The notes under the pieces are model-generated. The model was not told where the DNA came from and searched no databases. It saw only the letters and a program-made list of their open reading frames with translations. Below are positions 57,474 through 64,000 of a stretch of DNA of 64,000 bases, one piece after another. A program made the position numbers and the translations under genes. The DNA is from the human T2T-CHM13v2.0 reference genome, Homo sapiens, in the NCBI GenBank assembly GCA_009914755.4, contig CP086569.2:4768001-4832000 (forward strand), given 5' to 3'. Position 1 is the stretch's first letter, and the number at the start of each line of letters is the position of its first letter.

Positions 57474-57841
57474 CAGGGATCCCCAACTCCTGGGCCATGG
57501 ACTGGTACTGGTCCCTGACCTGTTAGGAACTGGGGCCACACAGCAGGAGGTCAGTGGCGGGCAAAGAAGTGAAGCTTCATCTGTATTTACAACCACTCTC
57601 CATGGCTTTCATTACTGCCTGAGCTCTGCCTGCTGTCAGATCAGTGATGGTATTAGATTCTCATAGGAGCATAAACCCTATTGTGAACTGTGCATGCCAG
57701 GGATCTAGGTTGTGCGTTCCTTGTAATCTAATGCCTGATTATCTGAAGTGGAACAGTTTCATCCTGAAACCTACCTCTCTCCATGGAAAAATAGTCTTCC
57801 ACAAAACCAGTCCCTGGTGCCACAAAAGCTGAGGACCCCTG
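57474..57841. mobile_element. Non-autonomous DNA transposon (MITE-like) with ~14-bp terminal inverted repeats CAGGGATCCCCAAC...(G)AGGACCCCTG and palindromic subterminal regions. Possible 8-9 bp TSD GCTTTNRAT (hAT-like). Family name uncertain.
   Basis: Start: cagggatccccaactcctgggccatggactggtactggtccctgacctgttaggaactggggccacacagcaggaggtcagtggcgggc. End: ...aaaaatagtcttccacaaaaccagtccctggtgccacaaaagctgaggacccctg. The termini are reverse complements of each other. Subterminal ...ggtactggtccctg... is mirrored by ...cagtccctggtgcc.... Internally ...attagattctcataggagc... is present. Confidence 0.6.
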
Positions 57842-58263
57842 CTTTCAATAACAGAATCTTAGGTCTCTATTATAAATGTCTTTCAGAGGTTAAATCACTT
57901 TTGCAGCATATAACCAACCCTTGGCAAAAGCAATTGATGTAAGATATCTCTTGCTAACTTTTAAGGCAAATTCAGATGACCTGTCATTTCACATGGACTC
58001 TACAAAAGCACAGCTTCTGGAGATTCTAAATCAAAAGATACAAGTTCTTGAATTAATAAAAATCAAAAACAAATTCATATTTTGTGGACATCAATGTAAA
58101 AAATATATACATACTGTGCTACAAATAATAATTAGCGCACTTCTAGTTATACGAAGGATAGCTGTATGTTAGGCATAATTATGACCTCATTATTGTTTAT
58201 ATTTGAAGATTATGTATGATTTCAAGAGATGTGTGTGGGTTCAAGTTGACAAGGGGTGGACGT

Positions 58264-58795
58264 GTGATGGTTAATATTGAGTGCCAACTTGATTGAAGGA
58301 TGCAAAGTATTGTTTCTGGGTGTGTCTGTGAGGGTGTTGGCAAAGGAGATTAACATTTGGGTCAGTGGACTGGAAAAGGCAGACCCACCCTCAATCTGGG
58401 TGGGCACCATCTAATCAGCTGCCAGTGCAGCTAGGATAAAGCAGGCAGAGGAAGGTAGAGGGACTTGACTTGCTGAGTCTTCCAGGCTTCATCTTTCTCC
58501 TGTGCTGGATGCTTCCTGCTCTTGAATATCAGACTCCAAATTCTTTAGTTTTGGGACTCTTGGACTTACACCAGTGATTTGCCAGAGGGTCCTGGGCCTT
58601 GGGCCACAGACTGAAGGCTGCATTGTCGGCTTCCCTACTTTTGAGGTTTTGGAACTCGGACTGGCTTCCTTGCTCCTCAGCTTGCAGATGGCCCATCATG
58701 AGACTTCACCTTGTGATTGTGTGATTCATGTTTCCTAATAAACTTCCCTTCATATATACATATACCCTATTAGTTCTGTCCCTTTAGAGAACCCT
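58264..58795 (-). mobile_element. LTR-like repeat (copy b; reverse complement of the family seen at 32658..33172)
   Basis: The reverse complement of 58264..58400 gives gttaatctcctttgccaacaccctcacagacacacccagaaacaatactttgcat...caagttggcactcaatattaaccatcaca. The other end is ...ctattagttctgtccctttagagaaccctaa, which is the reverse complement of ttagggttctctaaagggacagaactaatag. Confidence 0.55.
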
Positions 58796-58837
58796 AACTA
58801 ATACAGACTCCCATTATCCTAAATGGATTAATGCAAG

Positions 58838-59100
58838 AATAGAAAACCAAATACCACATGTTCTCACTTATAAGTGGGAGCTAAACATTAAGTACACATA
58901 GACATAAAGATGGAAACAGTAGATACTGGAGACTACTAGAGTTGGGGGGGAGCTGAAAAACTACCAATTGAGTACTATGCTCACTAGCTGGGTGAGGGAT
59001 CATTCATACCCCAAACCTTAGGATCACACAATATTCCCGTGTAACAAACCTGCACATGTACCCCCTGAATCTAAAATAAAATTTGAAATTATCAAAAAAA
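58838..59100 (+). mobile_element. L1 (L1PA-like) 3'-terminal fragment with poly(A)
   Basis: agaaaaccaaataccacatgttctcacttataagtgggagctaaacattaagtacacatagacataaagatggaaacagtagatactggagactactagag...gtaacaaacctgcacatgtaccccctgaatctaaaataaaatttgaaattatcaaaaaaa. Confidence 0.88.
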
Positions 59101-61065
59101 CTCATAATAACAACAATAAAAAGAATAACTGCCTGCCAGAGATGCCCATGCCTTAATCCCTGGGACCTGTGAATATGATGCCTTAGATAGGAAAGGACAT
59201 GGAAAGTCGCTAATCAGATGATATTGCAGTAAGTATATTATCCTGAATTACCCAAGTGAGTTCAATTTAATCACAAGTCTCCTTAAGTTTGGAAGAGGGA
59301 GGCATAACAGGAGATCATAGTGATGGGACATTAGAAGAACTGACCTGCTCTTATTGTCTTTGAAGATGGAAGAAAAGGGCTGTAATCCAAGGAATGTGAG
59401 TAGTCTCTAGAAACTGGAAATGGATTATTCCTTAGAAAGAAATATAGGCCTGCCAACATCTCCATTTTAGCCCAGCAAGACCCATTTTGGAACTCTGACC
59501 TCCAGCACTATAATAAAGATTTGTATTGCGTTAAGCCACTAGTTTGTAGTAATTTGTCACAATGGTGATAGGAAAGTAATACACGCACACACACACAAAA
59601 CAAAATTTGGCTTTAATTGGAAACATTGTCTTTGTTAAATCAAGCCATATGCATAATTTATCTCTTGGCTAATTTTTGACTTTTAACCTATTTGAGCTCT
59701 CTCATCCTTGCATCTATCTAGAATCTATTACTGGCTTCGTTTTTTGTGGGACTTTACTTGGAATTCCAATTCTTCTTATTATAGGGAATAAGAAATTGAG
59801 TACCTTTTGTTTAGCTGGTTTAAGCACATTTCTTCCTCCTGGTCTCATCAGTAATTGTGTGTGTGTAGTAAGTAAGGCACAAAACTAGTATAGAAACATC
59901 TGAATGGCTGCTGGAAATATTTTTTTAAACATGCCACTTAGGGGCTTAAATACTAAGAAATATATTAGTATCCAGTTTTCAAGGAAATGGACCATTGAAG
60001 CTCAACTTGAAAGCAACATATGGCAGTCTCATCTTCATCATGGTTTGACATGTGTTAAAAAATTTTTGAAAAGAAACTACCAATATTAAGAATCAACTAG
60101 GCAAACATTATAAACATAAATACAGATGCTCCTCAACTTACAGTGGGGTTACATTATGATAAACCCACAGTAAATTAAAAATATTGTATGTAAAAAATGT
60201 ACTTAATACATCTCACCTAACAACACATCATAGATTAACCTAGTCTGCCTTAAACCTGCTCAGAACAGTTACATTAGCCCATAGTTCAGCAAAATCATCC
60301 AATACAAAGCCTATTTTATTAAAAAAGTTTAATATATCATGTAATCTATTGACTATTGTGCTGAAAAACAGAAAGGTTGTATGGGTACTCAAAGTACGGT
60401 TTCTACTGAATGTGTATCAATTTGTGCCATTGTAAAGTAAAAAAAAATCCTAAATTGAACCATGGTAAGTCAGGGACTGCCTGTATTGAAAAGCTGACTT
60501 GGGAATAAACTACATTTTCATTGAAATATGAATGTATGATCTAGCAGTCTTTCTCTCCAATCATTTTTGAACCAAAACAGATTTCCCTATCTCACTAAAG
60601 TCATTATTTGAGGTCCCTTGTTGCCAGGCACTAGCTGTATAGAACATTGATTTTCAGAGAAAATGCTATGATAATTGAAGAATGTTAAAAAGCAGATAGA
60701 TTGTTTCCAAATTTCTCAGTGAATAGTTTACCATTAAATTTGAATTTTATCATCATGTAGGATTTACTCATAGTTAATAATACTATTCCTTTTAAGAAGA
60801 AAGACTCTCAAGATTGAGAAAATATAGCTAGAGCTTGTGTGCAATGATTTCAGGCAGCACATGGCTTTAGAAGGCTTGAATTCTAAGTTAGTATGGCAGA
60901 GTTATCACATCATTGACTGATTTTTCCTTTCAATTCAAAGCATGTTGATAGGTTTTCTTTCTTGGTATAGAAGGGAGAGGAATCTCTTGATGACATATTA
61001 TCTTAGTACTTTGTGCATTTTCTTGGTTGAGACACTTAGAAGACTGAGCAAATACTGTATAATCA

Positions 61066-61117
61066 GGGTTATATAGAAAAACAGAATCAACAGGATGTAT
61101 GCATATATACACACACA

Positions 61118-61165
<48 letters not shown>

Positions 61166-61473
61166 AGGAGATTTATTATAAGAAATTAAAGCATAAGATT
61201 ATGGAGGCTTGGTGAGTCCAAATTCTGCTGTGTGGGTCAGCAGAGTGGATAACCAAGAGAAACAATGATACTAATAAAATCTGTAGGCCATCTGCTGGAG
61301 AATTCCTTCTTGCACAAGAAGGCCGGTATGTTGGTTCTATTCAGGCCTTCAGTTGATTGGATGAGGCCCCCCCACATCATGGAAGGCAATCTGCTTTACC
61401 CAAAGTTCACTGATTTAAATGTTAATCATATGCAAAAACACCCTTCAAGTTGGTGCATAAATTAACCATCACA
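61066..61473 (+). mobile_element. LTR-like repeat (copy c), shorter, with an internal (CA)n(TA)n microsatellite at about 61108..61162
   Basis: gggttatatagaaaaacagaatcaacagg...gatttattataagaaattaaagcataagattatggaggc...ttctattcaggccttcagttgattggatgaggcccccccacatcatggaaggcaatctgctttacccaaagttcactgatttaaatgttaatc...attaaccatcaca. Confidence 0.55.
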
Positions 61474-61734
61474 TGATATTTTAGAAAACATCTCATACCG
61501 TTGTAGAGTTATCACTTCTTTTGATGAGGGTGCTATTTTATCCTGCCTTCTATGACTTTATTTTTAACTATTGTAGATTTTAAAAGCCTATTGTTATATC
61601 AGACAGCCAATTGATTGAAACTAAGTAAATACATTTTTCCCAAATATCTGTATATTCCATGTGTAATTCTTATTGTAATAGAATTTTTTGCAAATATTAT
61701 ATTTTTTGATTTGTATTTTTTAAACATTTTTAGT

Positions 61735-62090
61735 TCACACATAATTGTACATATTTATGGGTTACATAGTAACGTTGCAATACATATAATGTATAGTGAT
61801 CAGATCAGGGTCATTAGCATATTTATAATCTCAAACAGTTATCATTTCTTTGTGTTGGGAACATTTAATATCCTCCTTCTAACTATTTGATATATTATCA
61901 TTAACTATAGTCATCCTACAATGCTATAGAATACTAGAACTTATTCTTTCTTTCTAGCTGTAATTTTGTAACCTCTAACCAACCTCTTCTATCTCCCCTT
62001 CCCCTCTATGCTTCCTATCCTCTGGTAGACAATATTCTACTCTCTACTTCTATGAGATCAACTTTTTTAGCTTCTGCATCAAGAATGAAA
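61735..62090 (-). mobile_element. Old L1 (L1PB/L1MA-like) 3'UTR fragment, antisense
   Basis: ...gggttacatagtaacgttgcaatacatataatgtatagtgatcagatcagggtcattagcatatttataatctcaaacagttatcatttctttgtgttgggaacatttaatatcctcc...ttaactatagtcatcctacaatgctatagaatactagaacttattc...ccttcccctctatgcttcctatcctctggtagacaatattctactctctacttctatgagatcaacttttttagcttctgcat. This matches the known antisense L1 3'UTR layout. Confidence 0.7.
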
Positions 62091-64000
62091 GCAAGAACTG
62101 TTTTGACACACGGGAAATATAGTTTATTTAAAGCACACACTATCTAAATAATCTAGATAGATAATGTGCTAAATAATACACTCACATGCACACACACTCG
62201 CTTTATGTTTCCTGAATATGGATGTTCCTCAATAGAAGACAATATTTTTGTGAAATGCTCAGTAAAATAGTGAAAATGTAGTCAATATGATCGCAAGTTT
62301 TCATCATCAGCAGTTAGGGAACATGACAAATTCACCATCTAAGTGTCAAATACTTTTCTAAGTGCTTTACATGGGTTAACTCATTTAATTCTCATAATAA
62401 CTATATGATATAGATTCCATTATCTTCCCCTTTTCATAAATGAGAAGACTGAGGAACAGAGCATTTAGATGATGTGTTCAAGGTCTCAGAACTAGTGAAT
62501 GGTAAGGAATCCAGCCTTTTAGGCTTTAGAGACCATGCTCTTGGCAATTAAACTATAAAGCCTTTTAAAGGAGATTTTAAAAAATTCTTATAATGTGACT
62601 CAGTTGTAAACAACGTAAGTGATAGAGATTTTAGACTCACGGAGCTAGAAGAGCTTTCATGTCCAAATCTTTCACTTTATCAATGAGGAATCTTAGGAAA
62701 CCAGAGCAGTAAAATGACTTTCTCTGCTTATGTAATGCATCTTTGATATCTATTGTAACTTTTCTGAGAAGTTCCCCCATTGCAGAAGGCAATGGCAGAT
62801 AGGGAAGCAGGGGAGAAAAATCATTCTGAAAGAGGCAATGTAAGAGCTGCAGAATTTGTTTCCAGCTTCTGATCTATTACTTAATTTAGGTATTGGCTTA
62901 GACATGAACATGATTAAGCTTCATAATTCACAAGGGTGTGGAGGAGGAAGAATTGTACTCAGGGCCCCATTGTTTACTAGGGGATTTTTCACATTCAGCC
63001 CAGTGTTTAAAGGTAGATTTAGTCTAATTTATAGTCCAAATAAATGACCAGATAAAAGTACATGTTTTTCTCTGCACCTATTCCTCAGCTTAAAAAAGAG
63101 GTGAGACAGACACTTAGCCTGGAAATTAAGCTTCATGGTTTATTTTAGTGACTCCCCTTATCTGTACTACCAATGGCATGCTGTGAATATATTCTTGACT
63201 GCTGCACTTAGTAACACTTCTCTCACTATGTATATAAAAAAGACCAAGCTACTTATTTTGGGGTTTTGTAAAATGAACAACCTAATCAAACGTGGCTCTT
63301 GTGGATTTTATTCTTTGTGGGCACCCACAGTAAATATATAACTTTATATCATGCTGAAGATTATCATTTAGTCATATATATTATATAATGAGTGGTGCTT
63401 TGTATAGAGAAGATGCTAAAAATGCCCTGATTAAATTTATTAGGCATGATGAGATAGAAAAATACTTACTGTAAAACAAGAAACAAACTTGGAGCCTAAA
63501 AAACATTCAAATATTACTTTGAAAGAAAGGAAATAAGCATTTTATTATATTTACTAAACTTTAAGAGAAGTTTTTTAACAGAAGTTTTTCCAGACAGTAC
63601 ACTTTCGGATACCCTCAAATTACATTTCAACAATTAGTGGTTTGTTGTGTGAGCAAATTTCTTTATAGAGGGAAATTAATGGCTGGTATATCCTAGCTAA
63701 GGATGTAAATGTCATGGGTAAGTGTTCACAATGGATAATACATGCCCTGAAAATGATACAGATGGATTTTGATTTATTTTCAAGTGTTGTGATCTGATAT
63801 AATATCCTTCTAATTCACATTATAAAGCATATTTTCAATGTATGATATTCACTGCTCTGGAATATCATAGAATTAATCAAATGCTGTGCATAGATAAAGG
63901 AAACAAATGAATTACTTAAGCTTGTGAACAAAGATCAAGTAGGAGCAAATGAATCAAATCCTTAAGTGTAGTGTGTATATATAAACATTTGTTTTCGTGT

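Overview
This window is primate (human) genomic DNA, not a prokaryotic locus. It is saturated with Alu SINEs (about 14 copies or fragments), L1 LINEs of several ages, an ERVL-type internal fragment, LTR-like solo repeats, a MADE1 mariner MITE and microsatellites. There is one real protein-coding feature: a single large internal exon (9750..12242, + strand) with canonical splice sites. It encodes cadherin repeats, the transmembrane helix and the juxtamembrane poly-lysine tract of protocadherin-11 (the PCDH11X/PCDH11Y gene pair, Xq21.3/Yp11.2). Everything else is intronic. Positions 1..9749 are the upstream intron and 12243..64000 the downstream intron; about half of the intronic sequence is recognisable interspersed repeat. 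Almost all short ORFs in the six-frame track are translations of Alu or L1 sequence, or shadow ORFs antisense to the exon. I find no evidence of an operon-like 'system'. The most interesting structure is transposon architecture: two independent twin-primed (5'-inverted) L1 insertions with intact target-site duplications. One is young (L1PA2-5 class); the other is old and carries a nested Alu. There is also a nested L1-into-L1 cluster of about 6.7 kb, a miR-548-type MADE1 hairpin, a 25-bp intronic minisatellite and a coding lysine-codon repeat. Paralogue assignment (X versus Y copy) cannot be settled by eye; a weak inference favours the Y-like (ancestral) state.
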